A stretch of 64,000 nucleotides of DNA from Patescibacteria group bacterium (lineage in GTDB: Bacteria; Patescibacteriota; Microgenomatia; Curtissbacterales; GWA2-41-24). The position numbers and the translations under genes were made by a program. The notes beneath the pieces are model-generated. The model worked only from the letters and a program-made list of their open reading frames with translations, was not told the DNA's origin and did no database searches. Shown here piece after piece: positions 20,096 through 30,357 of this stretch. The DNA lies in the NCBI GenBank assembly GCA_038063735.1, contig JBBTUN010000005.1:953-64952 (forward strand), given 5' to 3'. Numbering within the stretch: the stretch's first letter is position 1; each line of letters starts with the position of its first letter.

Positions 20096-20752
20096 ATGAC
20101 CCTAATGAAACTTTTTGTCTGGGACTTTCACGGCGTTTTGGAAAAAGACAACGAGCGTTCCGTCATTGATATATCTAATCGTGTGCTCAGGAAACTTGGA
20201 TTTAGACAGCGCTTGTCCAAAAAAGACAATTTAAAGCTTTACGGCAAGAAGTGGTACGAATATTTCGAATATTTACTGCCAAACCAAACACACCAAAAGC
20301 ATTTGGAAATTCAACAGGCTTGTATCTCCTACGAAGAAGCAAACCCTAATATCGTGCGCAGTAATATTAAACCCAACAACTACGCTATAGATGTTTTAGA
20401 AAAAATCCAAAAAAGTGGTCATGACCAAATTCTTATCTCCAATATGTCAGACGTCGCGCTACTTATGTTCACAAACTCAATCGGCATTACAAAATACTTT
20501 CCCAAAAAAGCTTTTGCCTGCAACAGTCGAATCGGTAATAAAATTTACACCAAACACGAAAGATTAAAAGATTATCTTAAAGATAAAAAATTTGATGAAT
20601 TAATAATTATCGGAGATACCCCCAACGATATTAGCCTCTCAGAAGTTGCAGGCGGAACAACTTACCTCTACACCCATCCTTACCTTAAGTTTCGGGACTG
20701 CAACCCAACCTACAGAATTAACAACCTTCGCGAAGTTTTAAATGAAATCTAA
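20096..20752 (+). CDS. HAD family hydrolase
   Basis: VWDFHGVL (motif I variant), ISN, IGDTPND. Confidence 0.8.
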   Translation: MTLMKLFVWDFHGVLEKDNERSVIDISNRVLRKLGFRQRLSKKDNLKLYGKKWYEYFEYLLPNQTHQKHLEIQQACISYEEANPNIVRSNIKPNNYAIDVLEKIQKSGHDQILISNMSDVALLMFTNSIGITKYFPKKAFACNSRIGNKIYTKHERLKDYLKDKKFDELIIIGDTPNDISLSEVAGGTTYLYTHPYLKFRDCNPTYRINNLREVLNEI

Positions 20753-20764
20753 AATTGACTAAAG

Positions 20765-21013
20765 TCAGCCCTTAAGCGCTTCTTCAATCTTAAGCCTGTC
20801 AAAACCCAAGATGTTTACCTGGGTACCGTCATCCTTTGTTATCACGGTAAACGGAACACCCATCTGTCCGGAAATCTCAATCATTTTTTGAGCCTCCTGG
20901 GGGTTTTCATCAACAAGTATCTCACTAAACACAATGTTTTTAGAATTTAAGTAATCCTTTTCCATTTTGCAAAAAGGACAAGTTGTCGTTGTATACATGA
21001 CTACTTTTGCCAT
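20765..21013 (-). CDS. Glutaredoxin-like (NrdH/YruB type) redoxin
   Basis: CPFC, SGQMGVP, GFD. Confidence 0.92.
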   Translation of the reverse strand: MAKVVMYTTTTCPFCKMEKDYLNSKNIVFSEILVDENPQEAQKMIEISGQMGVPFTVITKDDGTQVNILGFDRLKIEEALKG

Positions 21014-21037
21014 GCTCTAATTATATACTATTACCTT

Positions 21038-22447
21038 TTATTTTTTTATGTATATCAACTGGTTAGAATTATACCCACTAAGTGTATAATCAGGCCTTAA
21101 AGATAGCATCGTGGCCAAAGACTTAGCGTCATCATACGTTGCTGGGAAAAAGTTATTGGCGTTTTGTCCCTGTCGTAAATCAATAGCCACAACACTTGGA
21201 TTTATTTCATCAAAACGAACTAAATCCAAAAGAACGACCTTTTTGGCACCCAAATGCGCAGCAATATTGTTTTGGGTCATAACCAAACCCCTGTCCTTTG
21301 GAATTGCTGCAAAAAAATCACCCATAAACTTGGCACGCTCTGTTTGCTGGTAAAAAACGGGATGGTGTGCCAGAAGCAGCGGTCCGTGCAAATAAAACCG
21401 ATGTAAAAAAATTACCATAAGTATTGTCGCAATTGCCCACGCCCTTGCAGCATATATATTTTTTTTAATTAAAAACAAACAAAAGGGGATTGAGCCCAAG
21501 GATAAAATTGGAGAAAGCGTGGCGTTGTAATGGAATCCTAAATCCCAGCGGGTGGCAGCCTGGCTCATAACGAAGCGCTCGGTGTAGTGTTCAACTAAAA
21601 TCGGCCAGATTGCCCATGAGAAAAAGGGGGCGAAACCGAATGTTAAAAAGCTCAAAAAAATTGTTCTGGTCTTTAAACTAATTGGAACAAAAAAGCTGGA
21701 AACGACATCTACGGGGTTGTTAGACACAAAAACCGGGTTGTAATTAAAGCTACCTCCCGAAAAGTAAGGAATAAATAAACGGGTAACAACCAAATAATAT
21801 AAAGCCGAAACAGCAATAGTTATTAAGCCAAACTTAACTTGCCTTTCTTTTTTAAGTATCAAAAATGCCCCAACACCGGCCCCCAAGCCGGCCATGTTTT
21901 CCTTAAAGCCAAGCGTGACGATAAGGAAAAGAAAATAAAGATTCCACTTTTTGTTAAAAATTGCCCAAAATGTTAAGGCGACAAATAGTGTTGCCACAGT
22001 CGTGTCGTGAAAGTCGGTGTAAAGGGCATTTTGCATACCAACAAACCCCAAGTACGAAAAAATTAAGGAAAAGACAACAATAGGTTCTTTAATCATTTTT
22101 TTACCTACAAGATGGATAACCCAGGCGCCAAGTCCAACAGCTATCGCCTGAACAATAAGAATAGCTTCGGTTTTATCTGTAAACCAGTAGACAGGGGAAA
22201 ACAAAAATAAACTGGGATTAAAGTGATCGGCAAAAATTAGATGGTTTCCAAACTGCTCAATAATAGGCGCTTGAAAGTGGGAGACTTTAAATATTGCCGT
22301 ATTGTAAAGGCCAAGCTCATACCAGAATGCATCAAACTGCCAGTACCTGTTTAAAGAAACCAAAATGGCAGCGACTACATAAACAACAATAAAAGCAATT
22401 GTTAAAATGTCCCAATAACTGGGAAAATATTTCTTAAGCTGCGTCAA
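21038..22447 (-). CDS. DUF2079-like multi-pass membrane protein (GT-C-like)
   Basis: ELG.Y, DHFNP, DFH, FKE, FHY motifs; many TM helices; start uncertain. Confidence 0.75.
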   Translation of the reverse strand: MTQLKKYFPSYWDILTIAFIVVYVVAAILVSLNRYWQFDAFWYELGLYNTAIFKVSHFQAPIIEQFGNHLIFADHFNPSLFLFSPVYWFTDKTEAILIVQAIAVGLGAWVIHLVGKKMIKEPIVVFSLIFSYLGFVGMQNALYTDFHDTTVATLFVALTFWAIFNKKWNLYFLFLIVTLGFKENMAGLGAGVGAFLILKKERQVKFGLITIAVSALYYLVVTRLFIPYFSGGSFNYNPVFVSNNPVDVVSSFFVPISLKTRTIFLSFLTFGFAPFFSWAIWPILVEHYTERFVMSQAATRWDLGFHYNATLSPILSLGSIPFCLFLIKKNIYAARAWAIATILMVIFLHRFYLHGPLLLAHHPVFYQQTERAKFMGDFFAAIPKDRGLVMTQNNIAAHLGAKKVVLLDLVRFDEINPSVVAIDLRQGQNANNFFPATYDDAKSLATMLSLRPDYTLSGYNSNQLIYIKK

Positions 22448-22505
22448 TTTTTTAGTCCTGACCTAATTTAAAGCCATTTGCAGTTATATTGCTATAATTT
22501 ACTAA

Positions 22506-24785
22506 GTGGGTGAAGTTGAAACGGAAATTCATGCAGGTAGGCTTGACAAAATCCAAGAACAGGATTCCTCTTTGTATCCGCCTGTAAACCCACCACCCGA
22601 AATTGCTGATAAATCCCGTTTTCGCCACTTCAAATTTAGTCGTTTGAAAAAACTTATCAATCGCCGAAACGTAAAATTACTGACCATCACAGCAGCACTT
22701 GTCTTAATTATAATCCCAGTATTTACTTACATTTTCTTCGCTCGTGATTTGGCAGACAAGGCAAGTATCATGAACAGAAACAACGCTGGGGTTAAGCTTC
22801 TGGACGACAAAGGTGAGTTGTTTTTTAGTTTTTACAGCCCCAAAAATATAGACGCAATTCCGCTTTCCCAAATTCCCAAAGATCTGCAAAAAGCAGCTAT
22901 TGCCGCGGAGGATAAAGACTTCTACAAAAATCCCGGTTTTTCAATTCGAGGTATAGCCCGTGCCTTTTTCGTTAACGTAAAAAGTGCGTCCATCGATCAG
23001 GGCGGTTCTACAATTACTCAGCAGCTTGTAAAAAACGCGCTTTTGTCCTCCAGCAGAAACGTACTTAGAAAATACCAGGAAATTATATTGGCTCTGGAAA
23101 TAGAAAGAAGATACTCAAAGGAAGATATTTTAGAAATGTACCTTAACTCCGTTTACTTTGGCGATGGGGCATTTGGCATAGAAAATGCGGCACAAGTTTA
23201 TTTTGACAAAAGTGCAAAAGATTTAAATTTAGCCCAAGGCGCGCTTTTAGTTGCAATTCTTCCGGCCCCATCCGCCCTGTCCCCGGTTACCGGGGACCTG
23301 GAAGCTGCCAAAAAAAGGCAAGAAATAGTCCTTTCAAAGATGGTGGATCAAAATTTGATTACAGATGCCCAAAGAAACGCAGCTATAAAAACTCAACTTA
23401 CGTTTGCTCCACCCAAAAAAGATGACGTTAATACAATAGCTCCTCACTTTGCACTCATGGTTAAAGACTATTTGATAAACACATACGGTGAAGAAAAAAT
23501 AACCAGAAATGGGTATGTGGTTAAAACTACCTTAAACAAAAAATGGCAGGAAGCCGCGCAAAGTACTGTGCGCTCGCGTGTGGACGCCCTTGCCAAAAAC
23601 AAAGCCACGAACGGCGCAGCTGTAGCAATAGACCCTAAAACCGGAGATATAAAAATGCTTGTCGGTTCCAAGGATTGGAGCAACAAAGATTTTGGGAAAC
23701 TCAATATGGTTCTTGCCAAAAGGCAGCCCGGCTCATCTTTTAAACCTATTATTTACGAACGTGCACTGGAACAAAAATTAATAACAACTGCCTCCACAAT
23801 AGACGATGCTCAAACAAGCTTCGGCAGTTACAAACCAAAAAATTATGATGGAAAATTTAGAGGGCAGGTGACAGTAAGACGTGCGCTTGCTAACTCCCTG
23901 AATATTCCGGCAATTAAAGTTATGGAGAAAGTGGGTGTAAGAGAAGGCCTGGATAACGCAAAAAAACTGGGAATTACCTCACTGAACGACAAAACAGATT
24001 ATGGCCTGCCCCTGGTTCTTGGGGCGGGGGAGGTACCGCTACTGGAAATGACGGACGCCTACGCAACTTTCGCCAACGATGGCAAATACAATAAACCAAA
24101 TTTTATTTTAGAGATTAAGGATAAGAAGAATAAAGAAATTAAAGTGGAAAGGGAAAAAGAAAAAAGCGCAGTGGGGGAGGGACCTTCTTTCTTAATTTCA
24201 TCCATTCTCTCAGACACAAGCGCAAGAGCAGAAGTCTTTGGCGCGTCACTTAACACATCAAGAAACACAGCCGTTAAAACAGGCACCACAGAAGACTACA
24301 GGGACGCGCTTACACTGGGCTATACCCCTAGTATTGCCATCGGCGTTTGGGTTGGAAATAACGACAATAAGCCAATGGACAGGGTAGCAGGTTCTCTTGG
24401 CGCTGCGCCTATTTTCGTAACACTAATGAACACTTTTTCTGCTGATCTTCCCAAAGATGAGTTCAGAATTCCTTCATCTGTAGTCGAAAGAAAACCTTGT
24501 GAAGCTGGCCCTTCACCTACGCTCGGGGCCTCCCCTAGCCCCACGCCGGCAAGCTCACTTAGTGGTAAAGAATACTACCTTAAAGGAACAGAACCGCCGG
24601 CGTGTCCGTCACCGTCTCCAACGCCAACTCCACAGGACAGCCCGCAGCCCACACCCACAAGTCAGCCGACTCAAGAACCCAGCCCTACTCCGGTGCCCGC
24701 ATCGCCGTCACCTTCTCCAACTCCAAGCCCCTCTCCATTGTTGTCGCCACTCGTATCCCCAATACTTAGCCCCCTACCGACTTAA
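22506..24785 (+). CDS. Class A penicillin-binding protein (PBP1A family)
   Basis: EDKDFY, GGSTITQQLVKN, RKYQE, SSFK, SLN, KTG; Pro/Ser/Thr-rich tail. Confidence 0.95.
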   Translation: MGEVETEIHAGRLDKIQEQDSSLYPPVNPPPEIADKSRFRHFKFSRLKKLINRRNVKLLTITAALVLIIIPVFTYIFFARDLADKASIMNRNNAGVKLLDDKGELFFSFYSPKNIDAIPLSQIPKDLQKAAIAAEDKDFYKNPGFSIRGIARAFFVNVKSASIDQGGSTITQQLVKNALLSSSRNVLRKYQEIILALEIERRYSKEDILEMYLNSVYFGDGAFGIENAAQVYFDKSAKDLNLAQGALLVAILPAPSALSPVTGDLEAAKKRQEIVLSKMVDQNLITDAQRNAAIKTQLTFAPPKKDDVNTIAPHFALMVKDYLINTYGEEKITRNGYVVKTTLNKKWQEAAQSTVRSRVDALAKNKATNGAAVAIDPKTGDIKMLVGSKDWSNKDFGKLNMVLAKRQPGSSFKPIIYERALEQKLITTASTIDDAQTSFGSYKPKNYDGKFRGQVTVRRALANSLNIPAIKVMEKVGVREGLDNAKKLGITSLNDKTDYGLPLVLGAGEVPLLEMTDAYATFANDGKYNKPNFILEIKDKKNKEIKVEREKEKSAVGEGPSFLISSILSDTSARAEVFGASLNTSRNTAVKTGTTEDYRDALTLGYTPSIAIGVWVGNNDNKPMDRVAGSLGAAPIFVTLMNTFSADLPKDEFRIPSSVVERKPCEAGPSPTLGASPSPTPASSLSGKEYYLKGTEPPACPSPSPTPTPQDSPQPTPTSQPTQEPSPTPVPASPSPSPTPSPSPLLSPLVSPILSPLPT

Positions 24786-24821
24786 CAAATCGCAGCACTT
24801 TAAGGTATACTGACTACTCCC

Positions 24822-26201
24822 ATGAAACACGCCCTACTCGCCCTCGTGTGCCTGTTCTTATTTACCGCCAACACTTTCGCCAGCTCCGACCCTCGGCTTT
24901 TTCCTAACAATAAATTTGGAATAAACACCTTGGCCCCGTCAGCCGAACTGGCAGAGGCTGCAAGCCTTGTTAACACAAATGGGGATTGGGGTTGGGTGGT
25001 AATCGTAATTAACAAAAACGAAAGAAATTTAGACCATTGGCAGCAGGTATTTAATCAGTTAAATGAGCATCACCTTACGCCGATAGTTCGCATAGCGACA
25101 AATGTTAACGAAAACGGGAATTGGCAAAAACCAACCGATTCGGATGCCCAAGATTGGGCACAGTTTTTAAATAGTCTTTACTGGCCGACAAAAAATCGTT
25201 ATGTACAAATTTATAACGAAGTCAACCGCGCATCCGAATGGGGAGATAATGTAGACCCAACAGATTACGCACGGGAACTGGATAAAACCATCAATAGTCT
25301 TAAAGCCGCAAGTGAAGACTTTTTTATATTAAATGCGCCACTTGATCTTGCTCTAAATACCTCCCAAAATTCCCAGGATGCGGCCGTATTTTTCCAAACT
25401 ATGGAGCAAGCCGTTCCGGGTATATTTAATAAATTAGACGGCTGGGCGTCGCACTCGTACCCTAACCCGGATTTCTCGGCGTCTCCCCTAAAATCTGGTA
25501 GGACGGGTATTGATGGATATAAGTGGGAATTACAGCAAATAAGTGCCTACACCAAAAAAGACCTTCCGATTTTTATCACCGAGACAGGCTGGAAACGCGC
25601 GCCAAACGGAGAACGTGGCCTGTCACAAGACGATATCGCAAACTTTTACAGGATTGCATTTAATAATATATGGATAGACAACAAAGTAGCAGCTGTGGCC
25701 CCGTTTCTTCTGGACTATCCGGAAAAATTGTTTCAAAGCTTTTCTTTTAAAGAAAACGGGATTTGCCTCAAATATTGTGACACCCTGCGCGATTTGCAAA
25801 AAGTGAAGGGAGCTCCTCTGAGGGAAAACAAAGCACAGTTCACAAAACTAACGCATTCTCAAATTGTCATCAGTAGAAGCCTAAATAAAGCAGAGATGGA
25901 GATTAAAAACGAAGGCAACTTTATTTGGGATACTCAAAATTTCACCATAAATATCAACTCTCCGGACATATTAGTAAGCAATGTACTGTGGAAAGACCAA
26001 AAAGTTTACCCTGGCCAAATTGCTCACGCAACACTCGAACTGCAGGTGCAAAAAGTAGAAGCCGTGTCTTTTTCAACCCAGATTAAAGAAAACGGGAACA
26101 TACTGTCTCAAAAAAATTCATCAATAGAAAGCAAAACCTACCCGGATTTTATTATTAGCAGCATAAGAACAATTGTCACAAATCTTAGCAACATGACCTG
26201 A
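24822..26201 (+). CDS. Secreted clan GH-A-like glycoside hydrolase with Ig-like C-terminal domain
   Basis: Signal peptide, YNEVN (acid/base), SHSYP, FITETGW (nucleophile). Confidence 0.75.
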   Translation: MKHALLALVCLFLFTANTFASSDPRLFPNNKFGINTLAPSAELAEAASLVNTNGDWGWVVIVINKNERNLDHWQQVFNQLNEHHLTPIVRIATNVNENGNWQKPTDSDAQDWAQFLNSLYWPTKNRYVQIYNEVNRASEWGDNVDPTDYARELDKTINSLKAASEDFFILNAPLDLALNTSQNSQDAAVFFQTMEQAVPGIFNKLDGWASHSYPNPDFSASPLKSGRTGIDGYKWELQQISAYTKKDLPIFITETGWKRAPNGERGLSQDDIANFYRIAFNNIWIDNKVAAVAPFLLDYPEKLFQSFSFKENGICLKYCDTLRDLQKVKGAPLRENKAQFTKLTHSQIVISRSLNKAEMEIKNEGNFIWDTQNFTININSPDILVSNVLWKDQKVYPGQIAHATLELQVQKVEAVSFSTQIKENGNILSQKNSSIESKTYPDFIISSIRTIVTNLSNMT

Positions 26202-26234
26202 TACCCAAAGCATATTTTTCGGTAAAATCCATAC

Positions 26235-26840
26235 ATGGACCCAAGAATCCTCAGACATTTTAAAAAAGCCGACCCTATTCTTTACAAAGTAGCCATCAAT
26301 ATAAGCAAACTGGAAGATCTGCCAAATAGGCGTGGTGAAGATTACTTTATAGATCTAATCGATGCCATTGTTTCACAGCAACTATCCGGAAAAGCTGCTG
26401 CCACAATCCTTGCCCGCTTTAAGGCCTTATTTAAAAATGGACAAATTACTCCGCAGGCCCTTCTTAAATTGAGAGACGTTGATATTCGGGCGGCCGGCAT
26501 GTCCTATTCCAAAATAAAATATGTTAAAGATTTGGCCGCTAAAGTACATAAAAAAGAGATAGATCTAAAAAAACTGGATGCCTTGCCGGACGAAGAGGTA
26601 ATAGAACAACTCATAATGGTAAAGGGGATTGGCAGGTGGACGGCGGAAATGTTTTTAATTTTTACGCTCGCGCGGCCGGATGTTTTTTCTCACGGCGACC
26701 TTGGTCTGAATAACGCAATTAAAAAGATATATAAATTAAAAAATCACACAACCCGCGAAGTCGAAAAAATTGTTTCCAAGTGGTCGCCCTACAAAAGCAC
26801 AGCCTCCCGCATTCTCTGGCACAGCTTGGATAATAGATAA
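26235..26840 (+). CDS. alkA: DNA-3-methyladenine glycosylase II family
   Basis: IVSQQLSGKAA, HhH VKGIGRWTAEM, DLG, WSPYKS. Confidence 0.92.
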   Translation: MDPRILRHFKKADPILYKVAINISKLEDLPNRRGEDYFIDLIDAIVSQQLSGKAAATILARFKALFKNGQITPQALLKLRDVDIRAAGMSYSKIKYVKDLAAKVHKKEIDLKKLDALPDEEVIEQLIMVKGIGRWTAEMFLIFTLARPDVFSHGDLGLNNAIKKIYKLKNHTTREVEKIVSKWSPYKSTASRILWHSLDNR

Positions 26841-26843
26841 AAT

Positions 26844-27203
26844 TTATTTAAATTTTGCTTGCGCGTCCTGCATGCCCCTTTCAACGGCCTGCTCGGGTGA
26901 CGAGGCTACAGTTCTTCCAAAAATAGGGTGCTCTAAACCCTCGACAGCATCAAACCACGCTTGCTTGGTTTCCGAACCCGCATAACCTAAGATATAGCCT
27001 ATCTCTTGGCCCGCAGTTTGCATAGGATTTCTTCTTGCGCTCTCATCGTCAAAATTATCCGCAACATATTGCGCGAATTCAAACATAAATCTTCGCATTT
27101 CCCCTGGATCTTTAAGTTCTCGAATAGCAGTGAAGACGACGTGGCCTTCGGGGTTATGCGCTATTAATTGTTCGACAAGTGACTGGCCTTTAGCCTCGAT
27201 CAT
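26844..27203 (-). CDS. Hypothetical protein
   Basis: ATG at 27203 preferred because TAAAAT lies 7 nt upstream. Confidence 0.6.
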   Translation of the reverse strand: MIEAKGQSLVEQLIAHNPEGHVVFTAIRELKDPGEMRRFMFEFAQYVADNFDDESARRNPMQTAGQEIGYILGYAGSETKQAWFDAVEGLEHPIFGRTVASSPEQAVERGMQDAQAKFK

Positions 27204-27288
27204 AAGCAAAATTTTACCATCATCATGGACAGAAATCAAACTATAGGGTGTGAACTTCACAGTGCAACAAATTTGTTAAAATTAACGC

Positions 27289-28164
27289 ATGGATAATAAG
27301 CTGCAGGTTTGTAAGGAAACAAAACAAATCGCCCTGGACGCACTGGCAAATACCTTAAAAGTTATCCTTAAAAAAGACAAAATCGCTGAAAGCGAATTTC
27401 GCAACCTTTGGCTTGCCCAACTTAGGAAAAGCACTAAAATATTTCCAAACGGTTGGTACATGCCACCCCCAAACGGAATTATCGTTTTGTTTGCGACAGA
27501 CAAAGACCCAAAAAGAGTTTTATATCCCAACATGAGGCTGGAAGAAACATGGCCAAGAGACGATGTTTATTTAGATAAAACTAATGGAATCATTGCACTA
27601 TATGCATCTCCTATGGATAGGAAGACAGGCATAATAGGCGATACGGAAGTAATGATTTACCTTAGCAAGAATAAAGAAGTCATGAATACTTTTAAAACTT
27701 GCTACAGGATAAATAGAGAAATCTTTGAATTTGCGCAAGTTGGCCAACAATTTTCTCAAGTCGCTAAATTTGCAAACAAACTCATTGCCAAAAACGGCTT
27801 GACAAATAACGTAGTTAGTACAAGCGATCCTGCCAGCGTGAACCTTGGCCATACAATACCGGTATCTTATGAAGATTGGACTAGTCAGGAAAAAGCAATT
27901 TTTAAAAACGGCGAGAGTCAGTGGGAAAATGTTTGCCAAATAATTGCAAAAAAGAGAAAATTCGTAAACGAAGTAGACGATTTTCAAATAAAAGCGTCTA
28001 TGGCCTTCACTATCGAACCACGACTAAGGCCTAAGGACCGCCCGAATCTTCCAAGCACCTGGACTCATTCAATTGTTTTAATCAAAGAAGATGGTTCAAA
28101 AGAATTATTTTTTGGTTACGAGGAAATTTTCAAAATCTGCGGAATGGACTGGGCGCTAAATTAG
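27289..28164 (+). CDS. Divergent M24 (pita-bread fold) peptidase-like protein
   Basis: GD.E, NLGHTI, FTIEP motifs in M24 order; some ligands atypical. Confidence 0.55.
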   Translation: MDNKLQVCKETKQIALDALANTLKVILKKDKIAESEFRNLWLAQLRKSTKIFPNGWYMPPPNGIIVLFATDKDPKRVLYPNMRLEETWPRDDVYLDKTNGIIALYASPMDRKTGIIGDTEVMIYLSKNKEVMNTFKTCYRINREIFEFAQVGQQFSQVAKFANKLIAKNGLTNNVVSTSDPASVNLGHTIPVSYEDWTSQEKAIFKNGESQWENVCQIIAKKRKFVNEVDDFQIKASMAFTIEPRLRPKDRPNLPSTWTHSIVLIKEDGSKELFFGYEEIFKICGMDWALN

Positions 28165-28602
28165 TTAGTTATTTACAGGTTTAGAAAGTTTCTTGTGCAA
28201 GAAGAGGCTGCCATTTGTTAATGTCATTAGTTGGTTTGGAAATTTTATAAGATCCAGTTCTATCCACGAGTTAAGCTTGTTGTGTTTTTTGAGGGCATTT
28301 TTCTCAGAATCAAAAAGCTCCGATTCAAGCCAAAAAAAGTCTTTACTAAAGTCTATCGCTTCCGTTTTATCCAAATTAAAAGTAGTCGGTTTAACCTTTT
28401 TCATTAAATTTATTGTGTCCTCAGTTAGAAATTGGGAAAGATAATTAACTGTTTCTTCACTATTTCCCTTGCACCTGGTGCTAAGCCACGACACGGAGAA
28501 CTTAGACAAAATGTATTTTAAAAACTCGTCTAAGTGAAGAGCAGGCACGACTCCTTTCGTTATGATTACTCCGTCAATTCCTATGTACATATTGCGCTTC
28601 AT
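28165..28602 (-). CDS. Small HAD-like domain protein, catalytic Asp apparently lost
   Basis: YIGIDGVI (usually DIDGV), WLST, KTEAID, FFWLE. Confidence 0.6.
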   Translation of the reverse strand: MKRNMYIGIDGVIITKGVVPALHLDEFLKYILSKFSVSWLSTRCKGNSEETVNYLSQFLTEDTINLMKKVKPTTFNLDKTEAIDFSKDFFWLESELFDSEKNALKKHNKLNSWIELDLIKFPNQLMTLTNGSLFLHKKLSKPVNN

Positions 28603-28716
28603 AAATTTTATGTGCTAACCAAAAGTCGTATCAGTGAAAAGAGATACTTTAATCTTACTTATCGGGCCATAAGTATAGCACAGCAAGCATTACAGCCAAA
28701 TTCACATTTAAATAGT

Positions 28717-28858
28717 TGTCTGCCCACGATTCTGCCCTTCAAATATCTCAGGATAAACGCTGTTTACCCTGAGCAATGGTGAGTGAAATCGAACCAGAGT
28801 CGAAGGAGAATCAAGTATTTACCTAACTCAAATCATTATACTCAGCTTTAGCTATCTC
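28717..28858 (+). repeat. Cassette-boundary repeat R1 (att-like) with REP-like insertion
   Basis: TGTCTGCCCACGATT...GAATCAAGTATTT..AACTCAAATCATTATACTCAGCTTT aligns with R3/R4. Confidence 0.8.
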
Positions 28859-29880
28859 GTTTTAATGGCGACAACACAACCAACTATACCTGGGTCTGTT
28901 CTCGTCCTTTGTGCTTCAAAGGCACTACCTTCATACAAATTAGGCATATCGGAATTAATTTCAACGTTGAAATTCTGAAGTAAACCATTAATGCGCTCCA
29001 GCGCCCTCACTCGTTTTGTGTACTCTTGAAGGGAATTTCCTGTTCCCACAGTTATCAGCAAACAACCGTTTGGTTTTAATTTTCCCAAAAACGTTTTCAA
29101 AAGCTTATCAACTTTTCTGTCTTGCTCTCTTCTCTCTTTCCTTTTTACTACTGCGTTTGGGCCTTGAGGATAAATTATTTCTGGATCCATTCTGTTCCAA
29201 AAAATAGTCTGCAAATCGCCCGGGATCAATTCTTTTGTTAGAGCCTCTCCCAGGGATGTGCCAATAAAGAATACTTTATCCTCAGGAACTCCAAAATTTT
29301 TATTAGCTTCATCAAACGCGGAAAGATTTCTTAAGTTTGGCTCAACAGCCACTGCTTGACCACCTACAACAGCGGGTTTTTTATCAAGCCCTGCAAAGGT
29401 ATTAGCAATGGCAACAAAAGCTGCATCTGCTCTGCTAAGAATAGCTACTATGGACTCCTTGCTGGGTGCCTCAATGTAACAGGCAAGGACCTCCGGAGTA
29501 GTTTTTCCTGATCCTATAAAAGCTTTGTCTCCACCTCTTGGGCTGCCAGTAGCAAGCTCAACAGTTCTTACAAATAAGTAAAAGTTAGCAAAATGCGGAA
29601 AGGATGCAGCAATTAGAGGATATTCAACTTCGATGGCAGAGATTTCCAGCTCTGAACGTTTTTTCGCTTCTGCAGCACTTAATTTTTCTCGTTCAAATAA
29701 GTAGTCATATTGGTGAGGGTTTTTTACGAGAGCTCGGTTTATTGAAGCCAGTCTGTGTATACTCTCTGCTGATACTGCTGCCCGAACATTATCTACATTA
29801 GTATTATCAACGCCTAAAAAACTCTCGTGAGGTACAAATAACCCATGCGATGAAAGCTCGCTCCGTTTCCTGTCAGACAT
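28852..29880 (-). CDS. Hypothetical protein, possible divergent class I SAM methyltransferase fold
   Basis: AFIGSG, AVAVEPN, LKPNGCLLITV in Rossmann-MTase order; promoter TTGTATAAT 8 nt upstream. Confidence 0.5.
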   Translation of the reverse strand: MSDRKRSELSSHGLFVPHESFLGVDNTNVDNVRAAVSAESIHRLASINRALVKNPHQYDYLFEREKLSAAEAKKRSELEISAIEVEYPLIAASFPHFANFYLFVRTVELATGSPRGGDKAFIGSGKTTPEVLACYIEAPSKESIVAILSRADAAFVAIANTFAGLDKKPAVVGGQAVAVEPNLRNLSAFDEANKNFGVPEDKVFFIGTSLGEALTKELIPGDLQTIFWNRMDPEIIYPQGPNAVVKRKERREQDRKVDKLLKTFLGKLKPNGCLLITVGTGNSLQEYTKRVRALERINGLLQNFNVEINSDMPNLYEGSAFEAQRTRTDPGIVGCVVAIKTR

Positions 29881-29917
29881 AAGCGCAGATTATACAACAA
29901 GTCTCCGGAAAGATTAA

Positions 29918-30100
29918 TGTGGCCCCACCATTTTCGCCCTCCTCCACTCTTCGAGCTTCGGATGGTTAAACAGTGTTTATCCTGAGCGATGGTGAGTGAA
30001 ATCGAACCAGAGTCGAAGGAGAACCAAGTATTCTCCGAACGAATTTAATATTCAGGTTCCTCATTGTCTACAGTGATTGGAACAATTCTTGAAAAGTTGA
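29918..30100 (+). repeat. Cassette-boundary repeat R2 with REP-like insertion
   Basis: TGTGGCCCCACCATTTTCGC[insert]GAACCAAGTATTCTCCGAAC...AAGTTGA; right end approximate. Confidence 0.75.
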
Positions 30101-30114
30101 TGTATAATATTCGT

Positions 30115-30357
30115 ATGAAAACATATATAACATCTAGTCCTGAAATAATGTCGGGTGCACCTGTTATTGTCGGCACTCGTGTCCCTGTCGCCCGAATTGT
30201 TTATCTTTTGAAGGATGGTTTTACGATGGAGCAAATAAGCAAACAATTTCCGCATGTCGGTCTAAAAAGATTGCGGGGTGCCGTGAATGACTTGGCTAAA
30301 AAAGTAGAAACTATTCCTTATGGTACGCAAATTTCACAAACACAAGCTACTGCTTGA
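30115..30357 (+). CDS. DUF433 family putative antitoxin
   Basis: ITSSPEIMSGAPVIVGTRVPV..I...L..G; ATG 30115 follows TGTATAAT. Confidence 0.9.
   Translation: MKTYITSSPEIMSGAPVIVGTRVPVARIVYLLKDGFTMEQISKQFPHVGLKRLRGAVNDLAKKVETIPYGTQISQTQATA

Noticed and set aside
24520-24785. Pro/Ser/Thr repeats at the PBP1A C-terminus
   Set aside because: Ordinary low-complexity protein tail, not a DNA-level element
27170-27203. KGQSLVE prepilin-like motif
   Set aside because: Not followed by a hydrophobic helix
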